The position numbers were made by a program, and so were the translations under genes. 64,000 nucleotides of DNA, taken from the NCBI GenBank assembly GCA_041737965.1, contig JBGSQT010000005.1:30272-94271 (forward strand), in the 5' to 3' direction. Origin of the DNA: Spirochaetota bacterium (GTDB lineage Bacteria; Spirochaetota; UBA4802; UBA5550). Positions 43,924 to 53,495 of the stretch are shown here, piece after piece. The notes under the pieces are model-generated. The model saw nothing but the letters and a program-made list of their open reading frames with translations, did not search any database and was not told the origin of the DNA. Numbering within the stretch: the first letter of the stretch is position 1; the number at the start of each line of letters is the position of its first letter.

Positions 43924-46509
43924 TTACGAAAAAATAATCTTCTTCCCGTCGGTGTCGATCTTTATCACCTGGTCCTCCTTTACCTTGCCGCCTAAAATGG
44001 CCGAGGAGAGCGGATTCAGGATATGCCTCTGTATCGCCCGCTTCAGCGGCCGCGCGCCGAACTGCGGGTCGAAACCTTCCTGCACCAGATAGGCCAGCGC
44101 CTTTTTGGTGAGCTCCACCGATATCCCCCGCTCCCGGAGCCTCTTCGCCAGTTCCGTTATCTGGAGCTTTATGATCTCCATGATGTGCTCTTTTGAAAGC
44201 GGATTGAAGATGATCACCTCGTCCACGCGGTTCAGGAATTCAGGCTTGAAGTTCATCTTCAGCTCCTGCTCGATCCCCTTTCTCCGCTCGTCCATCGGAA
44301 TGGACGCGTCGGCGATGTAGGAGGTCCCGAGGTTGGAGGTCATGATGATGAGGGTGTTCTTGAAATCCACCGCGCGCCCCTTGGAATCGGTGAGGCGCCC
44401 CTCGTCAAGTATCTGGAGAAAAATGTTGAAGACCTCAGGGTGCGCCTTTTCGATCTCGTCGAAGAGGATCACCGCGTAGGGTCGCCGCCGCACCGCTTCG
44501 GTGAGCTGGCCCCCCTCCTCGTACCCGACATATCCGGGGGGAGCCCCGATGAGCCTCGCCACCGCGTGCTTCTCCATGTACTCGGACATGTCGATGCGGA
44601 TGATGGCGTGCTCGTCGCTGAACATGAATTCAGCCACCGTCTTTGCGGTTTCCGTCTTTCCCACCCCCGTGGGTCCCAGAAAGATGAAGGTCCCTATGGG
44701 ACGGTTCGGGTCCTGAATTCCGGAACGCGAGCGCCGCACGGCGTTGGAGATGGCCTCGATCGCCTCGTTTTGTCCGACCACCCGTTTTTCCATGATGGTC
44801 TCCATTTTGAGGAGCTTTTCCTTTTCCCCTTCCAGCATCCTCGACACCGGGATTCCGGTCCACCGCGACACCACCGCGGCGATCTCCTGCTCGGTCACCT
44901 CCTCTTTCAGCAGGCTCGTGGCGCTCTGCGTCTCCTTCAGCTTTCCGTTCAGTTCTCCCAGTTTTTTCTCAAGCTCCACGATCTGGCCGTAACGGATCTC
45001 GGCGACCCGGTTCAGGTTTCCCTCGCGCTCCGCCCTCTGCTCCTCGAGCTTCAGGCTCTCGATCTGCTCCTTGATCCGGCGTATGTCGGTGATGATGTTC
45101 TTTTCGTTTTTCCACTGGGCCACCAGCCGGTTCTTCTTCTCGTTCAGGTTTGCCAGGTCCTCGTCGATTTTTTCGAGCCGTTCTTTCGAAGCCCTGTCCT
45201 TCTCCTTTTTCAGCGCCTCCTTCTCGATGGTAAGCTGCCTTATCCGCCTCTCGATCTCGTCGATCTCGATCGGCATTGAGTCGATTTCCATCTTGATAAG
45301 CGACGCCGACTCGTCGATCAGGTCGATGGCCTTGTCGGGCAGAAACCTGTCCGTGATGTAGCGTTCCGAAAGCACCGCCGCTGCCACGCAGGCCGAGTCG
45401 GATATGCGCACGCCGTGGTGCACCTCGTACTTTTCCTTGAGGCCCCGGAGGATGGCGATGGTGTCCTCCACCGTCGGCTCCTTGGTGAAGACCGGCTGGA
45501 AGCGGCGCTCCAGCGCCTTGTCCTTCTCGATGTATTTCTGGTATTCGTTCAGCGTGGTGGCGCCGATGGTGCGCATGTCGCCGCGGGCCAGCGCCGGCTT
45601 CAGCATGTTGGAGGCGTCCACCGCCCCTTCGGCCGCGCCCGCCCCCACGAGCGTGTGCAGCTCGTCGATGAACAGGATTATCTCCCCGGCCGATTCCTCT
45701 ATCTCCTGTATCACCGCCTTGAGCCGCTCCTCGAACTCGCCGCGGTACTTGGCGCCGGCAATGAGCGCCCCCATGTCGAGCCCCACGAGCCGCTTGTTTT
45801 TCAGGTTTTCCGGCACGTCTCCGGCGATGATGCGCTGGGCAAGCCCCTCGACGATGGCGGTTTTGCCGACGCCCGGTTCGCCGATGAGCACCGGATTGTT
45901 CTTCGTGCGCCTGGTGAGCACCTGCATCACGCGCCGTATCTCCTCGTCCCTGCCGATGACAGGGTCCAGCTTGTTCATGCGCGCCAGCTTCGTGAGGTCC
46001 TTGCTGAAGCGGTCCAGGGCGTTGTAGCGCTCCTCGGCGTTTTCCGCGTCCGCCCTTTTGGTGCCTCGGATGTCCTTCAGCACCTTCAGGATGTTGTCCC
46101 TTGTAAATCCGTTGCCGTTCATGATGCGGCGGGTCGTATCGCTCCCCTTGGCGCTGAGCGCAAGGATCAGGTGTTCGGTGCTCATGTAGTCGTCCTTGAG
46201 CTTCACCGCCTCGTTCCACGCCTCGTTCAGCAGGTCCCTGGCCTGGGAGGAGTACGATCCCCCGCCGGGCCCGGTCCCCATCTGGCGCGGAAGGCTTTCC
46301 AGCGCCGTTTCAATCTCGCTTTTCATGTCCACCAGGCGCGCGCCGATCTTTTGCCCGATGGCGGTGAATATCCCCCCTTCCTGATCGTACAGCGCCTTGA
46401 GCAGGTGCTCGGGCTGTATCTCATAATGGTATTTTTCTGCCGCGATCTCCTGCGCGGTCTGCAGTATATCCTGGGCTTTTAATGTCAGTTTGTCCATTCT
46501 CATCGTCAA
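43924..46509 (-). CDS. clpB: ATP-dependent chaperone ClpB
   Basis: 861 aa with two AAA+ modules ([15 protein letters not shown]; [15 protein letters not shown]) and a long middle coiled coil. Confidence 0.97.
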   Translation of the reverse strand: MTMRMDKLTLKAQDILQTAQEIAAEKYHYEIQPEHLLKALYDQEGGIFTAIGQKIGARLVDMKSEIETALESLPRQMGTGPGGGSYSSQARDLLNEAWNEAVKLKDDYMSTEHLILALSAKGSDTTRRIMNGNGFTRDNILKVLKDIRGTKRADAENAEERYNALDRFSKDLTKLARMNKLDPVIGRDEEIRRVMQVLTRRTKNNPVLIGEPGVGKTAIVEGLAQRIIAGDVPENLKNKRLVGLDMGALIAGAKYRGEFEERLKAVIQEIEESAGEIILFIDELHTLVGAGAAEGAVDASNMLKPALARGDMRTIGATTLNEYQKYIEKDKALERRFQPVFTKEPTVEDTIAILRGLKEKYEVHHGVRISDSACVAAAVLSERYITDRFLPDKAIDLIDESASLIKMEIDSMPIEIDEIERRIRQLTIEKEALKKEKDRASKERLEKIDEDLANLNEKKNRLVAQWKNEKNIITDIRRIKEQIESLKLEEQRAEREGNLNRVAEIRYGQIVELEKKLGELNGKLKETQSATSLLKEEVTEQEIAAVVSRWTGIPVSRMLEGEKEKLLKMETIMEKRVVGQNEAIEAISNAVRRSRSGIQDPNRPIGTFIFLGPTGVGKTETAKTVAEFMFSDEHAIIRIDMSEYMEKHAVARLIGAPPGYVGYEEGGQLTEAVRRRPYAVILFDEIEKAHPEVFNIFLQILDEGRLTDSKGRAVDFKNTLIIMTSNLGTSYIADASIPMDERRKGIEQELKMNFKPEFLNRVDEVIIFNPLSKEHIMEIIKLQITELAKRLRERGISVELTKKALAYLVQEGFDPQFGARPLKRAIQRHILNPLSSAILGGKVKEDQVIKIDTDGKKIIFS

Positions 46510-46789
46510 TCTCCTTGTATATGATACGTGTAAAACCCCGCCTCCCGATCAAGTTGCCGGAACAGGGGAGGCGTGCCGGGCTTGTCAGGGCGGTCCTGTC
46601 TCCCTGACCGGCACTCACCGTATTCCGTCTGCCGGCGAGGGAATGCCCGGAAAGATCCGAGTATTGTGTTCACAACACGCAAATCTTTCCAAGATTATGG
46701 ATGACGATAATTGTATAAAGGAAAGCTGTGAAGCGGTCTATATATTTTTATTCATAAAATATATAAAAAAAATCTGATCGTCAAGTCTG

Positions 46790-47347
46790 TTACTGCTTCT
46801 GGATCACCGCGCATTTGCCCTGTGATTCCGTCTCATCCATCCTCTGCTCGATGGTATCTGCCATCTGGCGGATGTAGTGGAAATTGTCGATTTTATCGAC
46901 CAGCAGATAGACGGCCAGGTTTTCTTTGGTAATAACAATAACACGGTCGCTGTTGTACTGGGCGAATTCGTTCAGCTTTTTCATCTCTTTCCCGGCGGAT
47001 TTCTCGTTTTTATACAGGATGAAATAACAGACTATATCGTCGCCGTAAGGGGTCCGCTCGCTGGCGATTATGGACGCGTGAATGGACTCTATTGTCCTGA
47101 AGTCGCCCCCCGGATAAAGATGTTTCGCTATTTTCTGGATTGAGGCGTTTTCCAGACGGCCCGGGTTGTCCTTGAATACTTTTGTGAAGCTTGAGGGGAT
47201 TTTTCCGTAGGCGAATCCGGCGGGAATGTCCTGGGGCGTTATGATGATTTTTGATATCATGTCCGTCCTGTATTCGCCCTTGCCGCCGATTGAAAATAAA
47301 AACATAAAAATAATTATAAGAAATGTATATTTAAATTTATTATTCAT
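46790..47347 (-). CDS. secreted/lipid-anchored hypothetical protein (low-GC gene)
   Basis: Start taken at MNNKFKYTFLIIIFMFLFSIGG (AGGAG 7 nt upstream). 185 aa; no family recognised. Confidence 0.7.
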   Translation of the reverse strand: MNNKFKYTFLIIIFMFLFSIGGKGEYRTDMISKIIITPQDIPAGFAYGKIPSSFTKVFKDNPGRLENASIQKIAKHLYPGGDFRTIESIHASIIASERTPYGDDIVCYFILYKNEKSAGKEMKKLNEFAQYNSDRVIVITKENLAVYLLVDKIDNFHYIRQMADTIEQRMDETESQGKCAVIQKQ

Positions 47348-47485
47348 TTTATTGCTCCTGTATTGAATGATATCTATCAATTCACTTGATTATCGGTCAG
47401 GGATGGGGAAAAAATAAAAAAAAATTATTGAGACATAATAATTCTTATTGACTTTCACAAATGCAATTGTTAACTATAAATAATC

Positions 47486-47542
47486 ACATCATCAAGATTA
47501 TGTCTCATTAAAAGCATTCGCTCGCAGTTATACATATAGTGT
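47486..47542 (+). promoter_or_regulatory. two AT-rich palindromic boxes upstream of nrdD (NrdR-box-like)
   Basis: ACATCATCAAGATTATGT (47486-47503, 14/18 palindromic) and ACATATAGTGT (47532-47542, whose reverse complement ACACTATATGT matches the left 9 positions of the NrdR-box consensus acaCwAtATaTwGtgt). Centres are about 42 bp apart. Confidence 0.3.
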
Positions 47543-47617
47543 TATCACGGCCGTTTTCCGGGACCAGTTCCCAGGAAAACGCATATTACCGAATAATTAA
47601 TCAACCGGGGCTTCTCC

Positions 47618-49669
47618 ATGAGTATCACCACTGTTTCTGAAATCAAATTCATCAGAAAGAGAGACGGCAGAATCGTCGATTTCCATCCGGACAAAATCAC
47701 CGACGCGATTTTCAGGGCTGTCCAGGCGGTCGGGGGGAGCGACAGGGACGCGGCGGAGGCGGTGTCCGAGTCGGTCATTGGAATACTGAACATAATCTAC
47801 AAGGACGGCAGGATCCCCACCGTCGAGAACGTCCAGGACCTCGTTGAGAAGATGCTCATCGAGCGGGGACATGCCAAGGTCGCCAAATCCTACATCCTTT
47901 ACCGGGAACAGCACAGAAAAATCCGTGAAGGGAAAAGCCTCCTCAACGAAGGACTCGAACTGATAGAAAATTATCTGGAAAAGTCCGACTGGAGGGTGAA
48001 CGAAAACAGCAATATGAGCTATTCGCTTCAGGGCCTGAACAACCACATCGCCACCGCCATAACCGCCAAATACTGGCTTGAGCGAATTTATCCCCCGGAA
48101 ATAAGGAACGCCCACATCAACTGCGATTATCACATCCATGACCTGGGGCTTCTCTCGGCGTACTGCGTCGGCTGGGACCTCAGGGATCTGCTCATCAGGG
48201 GATTCAGGGGCGTGCCGGGGAAGGTGGAGAGCAGCCCTGCGCGGCATTTCAGGAGCGCCCTCGGCCAGGTGGTGAACTTTTTCTACACCCTCCAGGGCGA
48301 ATCGGCGGGAGCCCAGGCCTTCGCGAATTTCGATACCTACCTCGCCCCGTTCATAAGGCATGACCGCCTCTCTTACGAAGAGGTGAAACAGTCGCTCCAG
48401 GAGTTCATATTCAACATGAACATACCCACGAGGGTGGGCTTTCAGACTCCGTTCACCAACATCACGCTTGACCTCACCGTCCCCTCCAACATCGCGGCGG
48501 AGCATGTGATAATCGGCGGCGAGCTTCTGGAGGAGACCTACGGCGATTTCCAGCATGAAATGAACCTTTTCAACAGGGCATTCGCCGAGTGCATGTGCGA
48601 AGGCGACGCGAAAAACAGGATATTCACGTTCCCGATCCCCACGTACAATATCACGAAGGATTTCGACTGGCACACGGCCGATCTGGACGCGGTGTGGCAC
48701 ATGACGGCGCTTTACGGCATCCCCTATTTCGCGAACTTCGTCAATTCCGACATGGACCCGGAGGACGCGCGCTCCATGTGCTGCAGGCTCAGGCTTGACA
48801 ACCGGGAACTCAGGAAGCGCGGCGGCGGTCTTTTCGGCGCAAACCCGCTTACCGGGAGCATCGGCGTGGTCACCATAAATCTTCCCCGGATCGCCTACAC
48901 CTCGGCCGGCGAGGACGATTTTTTTGAAAAGCTCGGCGAGCTGATGGAGATGGCGAAGAATTCCCTGGAAATCAAGAGAAAGACCCTGGAGTCCTTCACC
49001 GAAAGCAACCTCTATCCCTATACGAAATACTATCTATCCGGAATATTCGAAAAAAACCGGAAATACTGGGTGAACCATTTTTCCACCATCGGGCTCGTGG
49101 GAATGAACGAGGCGTGCCTGAACATGCTGAATACCGACATCTCGTCGGTGGAGGGAAAAGAGTTCGCCATTTCGGTGCTCGATTTCATGCGCGACCGGAT
49201 ACTGAAGTACCAGGAGGAGACGGGAAATTTTTACAACCTCGAAGCGACCCCGGCCGAAGGGGTAAGCTACCGGTTCGCCAGGCACGACAGGAAAAATTTC
49301 GCCGACATCAAGACTTCCGGGACCAACGAACCGTATTATACGAATTCGGTGCACCTGCCGGTGAGCCACACCGACGACCTTTACGACGTGCTGGACCACC
49401 AGGACGACCTGCAGACCAGGTTTACCGGCGGCACTGTTGTCCATCTTTTCATCGGCGAGAAGGTTGACAGCATAGAGACGGTCAAGACGCTCGTAAGGAG
49501 GATCGCGGAAAATTATTCACTTCCCTATTTCACCATCACGCCGACTTTCAGCATCTGTCCCGTTCACGGGTATATTCCGGGGGCGCACAGCTTCTGCCCG
49601 CACGATCATACCGAGGACGAACTGAAGGATTTCGGCGTTGAAGTCGACGCGCAAAACGCCGATAGATGA
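47618..49669 (+). CDS. nrdD: anaerobic ribonucleoside-triphosphate reductase, large fragment lacking the glycyl-radical motif
   Basis: ATP-cone KFIRKRDGRIVDFHPDKITDAI, MCCRLRLDNRELRKRGGGLFGANPLTGSIGVVTINLPR, and a C-terminal metal-site region ICPVHGYIPGAHSFCPHDH. The ORF ends at TGA 49667-49669 with no RVxGY motif. Confidence 0.93.
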   Translation: MSITTVSEIKFIRKRDGRIVDFHPDKITDAIFRAVQAVGGSDRDAAEAVSESVIGILNIIYKDGRIPTVENVQDLVEKMLIERGHAKVAKSYILYREQHRKIREGKSLLNEGLELIENYLEKSDWRVNENSNMSYSLQGLNNHIATAITAKYWLERIYPPEIRNAHINCDYHIHDLGLLSAYCVGWDLRDLLIRGFRGVPGKVESSPARHFRSALGQVVNFFYTLQGESAGAQAFANFDTYLAPFIRHDRLSYEEVKQSLQEFIFNMNIPTRVGFQTPFTNITLDLTVPSNIAAEHVIIGGELLEETYGDFQHEMNLFNRAFAECMCEGDAKNRIFTFPIPTYNITKDFDWHTADLDAVWHMTALYGIPYFANFVNSDMDPEDARSMCCRLRLDNRELRKRGGGLFGANPLTGSIGVVTINLPRIAYTSAGEDDFFEKLGELMEMAKNSLEIKRKTLESFTESNLYPYTKYYLSGIFEKNRKYWVNHFSTIGLVGMNEACLNMLNTDISSVEGKEFAISVLDFMRDRILKYQEETGNFYNLEATPAEGVSYRFARHDRKNFADIKTSGTNEPYYTNSVHLPVSHTDDLYDVLDHQDDLQTRFTGGTVVHLFIGEKVDSIETVKTLVRRIAENYSLPYFTITPTFSICPVHGYIPGAHSFCPHDHTEDELKDFGVEVDAQNADR

Positions 49670-49712
49670 AAGAGGGGACCGGAAATATACAATCATAAGA
49701 TGAGGAGTAATC

Positions 49713-49877
49713 ATGAGCAACAGGGAATTAAAAGTGCCGGTCGAGGTTTATTCAAGGGTAGTGGGATATTTTCGTCCCGTCAACCAGTGGAACAGGGGAA
49801 AACAGGAGGAATTCAGCGAAAGACTGACATACAGGCTGGAGCACGCTCCCGCGTATGAATATCAGGGGAATCTATAA
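49713..49877 (+). CDS. stand-alone NrdD C-terminal glycyl-radical peptide (54 aa)
   Basis: Too short for the ORF track. Hand translation: MSNRELKVPVEVYSRVVGYFRPVNQWNRGKQEEFSERLTYRLEHAPAYEYQGNL. It carries the RVVGY glycyl-radical motif and WNxGKxxEF tail of NrdD. GAGGAG lies 5 nt upstream. It is in the +1 frame relative to nrdD and overlaps nrdG by 23 nt. Confidence 0.75.
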   Translation: MSNRELKVPVEVYSRVVGYFRPVNQWNRGKQEEFSERLTYRLEHAPAYEYQGNL

Positions 49878-50553
49878 AACCTCGCTGATAGACTTTCCGG
49901 GAAAGATTTCCACCGTGCTTTTCAGCGGTGGTTGCAATCTTAATTGCGGCTTCTGCCACAATCCCGATCTTGTACGAGACAGCCCCCACCTGCCGCGCAT
50001 ATCGAATGAAGAAGCGCTCTCTTTTTTAGCCGGACGAAAGGGACTCATCGACGGTGTCACCCTCTCGGGCGGTGAGCCTACAATGAACGGCGATCTGCCT
50101 GATTTTCTCGCGGAAATAAAAAAAATCCCCCTGGAGATAAAGCTGGACACCAACGGCCTCAATCCGGGGGCCGTGGAGCGGTGTCTTTCGGAAGGACTTC
50201 TGGATTACGCCGCACTTGACATCAAGACATCGCCGGATAAATACCCGGCCGTTACCGGCAGGGACGTTGATTTTTCAGCCATTGCGGAGACGCTTGAAAT
50301 CATCAGAATGAGCGGAATCGGTTACGAGCTTCGAACGACATGTGTTCCCGGGTATGCCGAGGCCGGGGATTTCAGGGAAATCGGGTCCCGTCTCGGGCGC
50401 GTGAAACGGTATTATCTTCAGCAGTTCATCTCCGCCATGCCGCTTCTGGACGATTCTTACCGGACTCTGAAACCCTACCCGGCGCGGCACCTTGCCGACC
50501 TGGCGGTAACGGTGAGGGAATTCGCCGATATGTGCGGAATTCGCGGCGTCTGA
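49855..50553 (+). CDS. nrdG: anaerobic ribonucleoside-triphosphate reductase activating protein (radical SAM)
   Basis: SLIDFPGKISTVLFSGGCNLNCGFCHNPDL (CxxxCxxC) and GVTLSGGEP; 232 aa. Confidence 0.92.
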   Translation: MNIRGIYKTSLIDFPGKISTVLFSGGCNLNCGFCHNPDLVRDSPHLPRISNEEALSFLAGRKGLIDGVTLSGGEPTMNGDLPDFLAEIKKIPLEIKLDTNGLNPGAVERCLSEGLLDYAALDIKTSPDKYPAVTGRDVDFSAIAETLEIIRMSGIGYELRTTCVPGYAEAGDFREIGSRLGRVKRYYLQQFISAMPLLDDSYRTLKPYPARHLADLAVTVREFADMCGIRGV

Positions 50554-50667
50554 GCGCCCGGGCAGCAGCCGTGTTGTAATTCCCTCCAATCCGCTTCAAT
50601 CCAAAAAAAACAACCGGAACCGGCCCGGGGCAATCATGCGCGGATGCATTACGGCCTGATTTTTTTA

Positions 50668-50696
50668 TTGACTAAAAACATAACACCGTTATGTTT
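50668..50696 (+). promoter_or_regulatory. promoter (TTGACT-16-TATGTT) overlapped by a perfect 9-3-9 palindrome, a candidate TetR operator
   Basis: AAACATAAC-acc-GTTATGTTT at 50676-50696. TTGACT at 50668-50673 and TATGTT at 50690-50695. About 37 nt upstream of the tetR-family ATG at 50733. Confidence 0.55.
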
Positions 50697-50732
50697 GTCC
50701 TGTCCGGAGCAGACCGGCGGAGCTTGATCGGT

Positions 50733-51344
50733 ATGAGAAAAAACAACAAGGAAAAAATCCTCTCCACCGCGCGCCGTCTTTTTCTCAAATACGGCTACAA
50801 CGGCATATCCATCCGCTCGATCGCGCGGGAGGCGAAACTGACCACCGGAGCGGTGTATTTTCATTTTAAGAACAAGATGGACATCTACAGGACCATCTGC
50901 GCCGAGGCGATTGACATTCTGTACAACGACTTCAGGGACGGTGTGGAAAAAAGGAAGCAGGCGGGGCAGAAACTGATATCCACCTTCGATTCCTACATCA
51001 GGTTTTTTTACAAACACAGCGACTATTACAATGTGCTTATGGAGTACAAGGCCTCGTACGACCAGGAGGGGGACGACGGTAAATCCGGGATTTCCGAAAG
51101 AATGAGCGATCTCACAAGGATAACCCAGGACACGATCGCCCAGGGGGTTGAGAACGGCGAGTTCAGGGACATGGACCCGACGATGCTGTCGCTTTTCCTC
51201 GCTTCGGTTGCCGAGGGGATGCTGCATTATAAGAAGATGGGCCTTTTCGACTATTACGGCATCAGCGACAAGGACTTCAGGAAATTCATGGCCGATATAA
51301 TCGGACGCGGAATCCAGTCGGGAAACAAAAAATTAACATCGTAA
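50733..51344 (+). CDS. TetR/AcrR family transcriptional regulator
   Basis: KEKILSTARRLFLKYGYNGISIRSIAREAKLTTGAVYFHFKNK (TetR HTH). Start taken at ATG 50733, because the track start at 50691 lies inside the predicted promoter/operator. Confidence 0.9.
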   Translation: MRKNNKEKILSTARRLFLKYGYNGISIRSIAREAKLTTGAVYFHFKNKMDIYRTICAEAIDILYNDFRDGVEKRKQAGQKLISTFDSYIRFFYKHSDYYNVLMEYKASYDQEGDDGKSGISERMSDLTRITQDTIAQGVENGEFRDMDPTMLSLFLASVAEGMLHYKKMGLFDYYGISDKDFRKFMADIIGRGIQSGNKKLTS

Positions 51345-51365
51345 AAAACAATTTGGAGGAATTCT

Positions 51366-52349
51366 ATGAAAACGGCTATCACGGAAATGTTCGGCGTCGA
51401 ATACCCGATAATATGCGGGGCGATGATGTGGATCTGCAAACCGGCTCTCTGCGCCGCCATATCAAACGCCGGCGGATTGGGGAATCTCACGGCGGGCAAT
51501 TACAACACAGAGGACGAGTTCCGCGAGGCGATCAGGGAGACGAGAAAACTCACTGACAAGCCCTTCATGGTAAACGTCACCATTCTTCCTTCGGTGCACA
51601 TCACGGCGGAGCACCATAAAATGTACCTGAAGGTCTGCGCCGAGGAGAAGGTCGCGGGGCTTGAAATTTCCGGGTCGCCTCTGGACAAGGCCGCGGGAAT
51701 GGATTTCATCGAGAAACTGAAAAAGGCCGGCGTAAAAATGTTCCACAAGGTGGGCTCGGTCCGGCACGCGGTCCACGCCGAAAAGGTGGGATACGACGGC
51801 ATCTACGCCGCAGGCATCGAGGAGGGGGGGCACCCGCTCAACGACGATGTCACCACCATGGTGCTGACGCCGAGGATCGCGGATTCGGTGAAGATCCCGG
51901 TGGTGACGGTCGGAGGTATCGCCGACGGGCGCAGCATGGCGGCGGCGCTTCTTCTGGGTGCGCAGGGCGTCATGATGGCCACCAGGTTCGTGGCAACCAA
52001 GGAATGCGATGTGCATGAAAACATCAAGATGGAAATTGTGAAGAGGCAAGAAAACGAGACCGCGCTGATATGCAAGACCCTGGGGCTCCAGGGACGCGCC
52101 ATCAAAAACAAGCTGGTGGATGACGTGCTCGCCCTGGAGGCGAAGAGCTGCGGCTTCGAGGAGCTCATACCGCTTATTTCCGGAAAACGGGTGAAGGAGG
52201 CCTGGGAAACCGGCAACGTGGACATCGCCCCGATGATGATGGGCCAGTCCGTAGGCCTGGTGAATGATATCATTTCATGCAGGGAGCTTATGGAGACCAT
52301 GGCGCGCGATGCCAAGGCATGTATCGCAAAGACCGGAAAAATGGTATAA
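51366..52349 (+). CDS. NAD(P)H-dependent flavin oxidoreductase (nitronate monooxygenase / FabK family)
   Basis: MFGVEYPIICGAMMWICKPALCAAISNAGGLGNL and VVTVGGIADGRSMAAALLLGAQGVMMATRF; 327 aa. Confidence 0.88.
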   Translation: MKTAITEMFGVEYPIICGAMMWICKPALCAAISNAGGLGNLTAGNYNTEDEFREAIRETRKLTDKPFMVNVTILPSVHITAEHHKMYLKVCAEEKVAGLEISGSPLDKAAGMDFIEKLKKAGVKMFHKVGSVRHAVHAEKVGYDGIYAAGIEEGGHPLNDDVTTMVLTPRIADSVKIPVVTVGGIADGRSMAAALLLGAQGVMMATRFVATKECDVHENIKMEIVKRQENETALICKTLGLQGRAIKNKLVDDVLALEAKSCGFEELIPLISGKRVKEAWETGNVDIAPMMMGQSVGLVNDIISCRELMETMARDAKACIAKTGKMV

Positions 52350-52399
52350 ACCCTGATTGCAACATCAGACAAATTTTATAACGCACTAAGGAGCATGTC

Positions 52400-53434
52400 A
52401 TGAATACGAGAATCACGAAACTTTTAGGAATCAAGTATCCCATCATTCTTCCGGGAATGAGCTGGATCAGCACCCCCGAACTGGTCGCCGCGGTATCGAA
52501 CGCGGGGGGGCTCGGAATCCTCGCCACCGGCCCGCTCAATCCGGACCAGACAAGGAAGGCGATACGCAGGATCAGGGAGCTTACCAAAAAGCCATTCGGC
52601 GCCGGCGCCACTCTGCTCATGCCGGGGGCGAAAGAGAACGCCCAGGTGCTTCTGGAGGAAAAGGTCCCGGTGATAAATTATTCCCTCGGGAAAGGGGACT
52701 GGATCGTAAAGAGGGCCCATGAGTACGGCGGGAAGGTGATAGCCACTGTGGTGACGATCAAGCACGCGCTTGCTGCCGAACGCGACGGCGCCGACGCGCT
52801 GCAGGTGACAGGCCACGAAGCGGCCGCCCACGGAGGCAAGGTGACCTCGCTTGTGCTCGTGCCTACCATCGCGGGGATGGTGAAGATACCGGTGATCGCT
52901 ACGGGCGGTTTCGCAGACGGACGGGGCCTGGCGGCGGCGCTCTCGATCGGGGCGGACGGCGTTGCCATGGGCACGCGCCTTTCGGTCACGAAAGAGAGCC
53001 CGGTCCATCAGACCACCAAGGAAGCCACGCTGAAAATGGGGATCGAGGACACCATTTATTCCAACAGGTTTGACGGCCTCTACTGCCGCGTCATGGACAC
53101 CAGGACGGCGAGAAAAGCGGTCAGGCGCGGCATGAGTCTTCCGCGGGCGTTCCTGGCATCGTGGACCATCGCCAGGCTCATGAAGCTGAACTGGTTCAAG
53201 CTGGCACTTGGCATGGCGGCAAAGCCGAAGATGATGATGCAGCTCGCGCACATGGCCACCGCGTTCGGCCAGATCCAGCTTGCCACGGAAGCGGGAGACC
53301 TGAAAAAGGGCGTGCATCTCATCGGCCAGGTCCAGGGCCTTGTGAACGACATGCCGCCGGTGAAAGAGCTTATCGAGAGGATCGTCAAAGAGGCGAGGGA
53401 AGTCCAGAAGCACACCGGAGCCATGCTGAAATAG
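52400..53434 (+). CDS. second nitronate monooxygenase / FabK-family flavin oxidoreductase
   Basis: LLGIKYPIILPGMSWISTPELVAAVSNAGGLGILATG and VIATGGFADGRGLAAALSIGADGVAMGTR; 344 aa. Paralogue of the upstream gene. Confidence 0.88.
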   Translation: MNTRITKLLGIKYPIILPGMSWISTPELVAAVSNAGGLGILATGPLNPDQTRKAIRRIRELTKKPFGAGATLLMPGAKENAQVLLEEKVPVINYSLGKGDWIVKRAHEYGGKVIATVVTIKHALAAERDGADALQVTGHEAAAHGGKVTSLVLVPTIAGMVKIPVIATGGFADGRGLAAALSIGADGVAMGTRLSVTKESPVHQTTKEATLKMGIEDTIYSNRFDGLYCRVMDTRTARKAVRRGMSLPRAFLASWTIARLMKLNWFKLALGMAAKPKMMMQLAHMATAFGQIQLATEAGDLKKGVHLIGQVQGLVNDMPPVKELIERIVKEAREVQKHTGAMLK

Positions 53435-53495
53435 GCCGGCCTGCGCGCTCAAGGGCGCCGCGGGTCCGCCTCCATGTCCCGACAGGAGGATTATC

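Noticed and set aside
44969-46219. 416-aa ORF on the minus strand inside clpB, plus several other 200-350-aa ORFs across 44440-46482 on the plus strand
   Set aside because: They overlap the unmistakable ClpB frame, are extremely Arg/Gly/Pro/His-rich and match no family. These are typical alternative-frame shadows in high-GC coding DNA.
46740-46766. 10-bp AT-only inverted repeat (TATATATTTT-7 nt-AAAATATATA) considered as the terminator of the 46790-47347 gene
   Set aside because: The poly-T tract lies on the wrong side of the hairpin for the minus-strand gene, the plus strand has an A-run after it, and an all-AT stem is very weak. It may simply be AT-rich spacer or a protein-binding site.
47597-48700. 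367-aa ORF antisense to nrdD
   Set aside because: It lies entirely within the well-supported NrdD frame and has low-complexity R/V/E/G composition. It is an antisense shadow ORF.
49667-49669. The TGA ending nrdD read as selenocysteine or a programmed read-through codon that would restore a single NrdD
   Set aside because: The glycyl-radical motif is in the +1 frame relative to nrdD. In-frame read-through gives KRGPEIYNHKMRSNHEQQGIKSAGRGLFKGSGIFSS..., which lacks the motif, so read-through alone cannot rejoin the enzyme.
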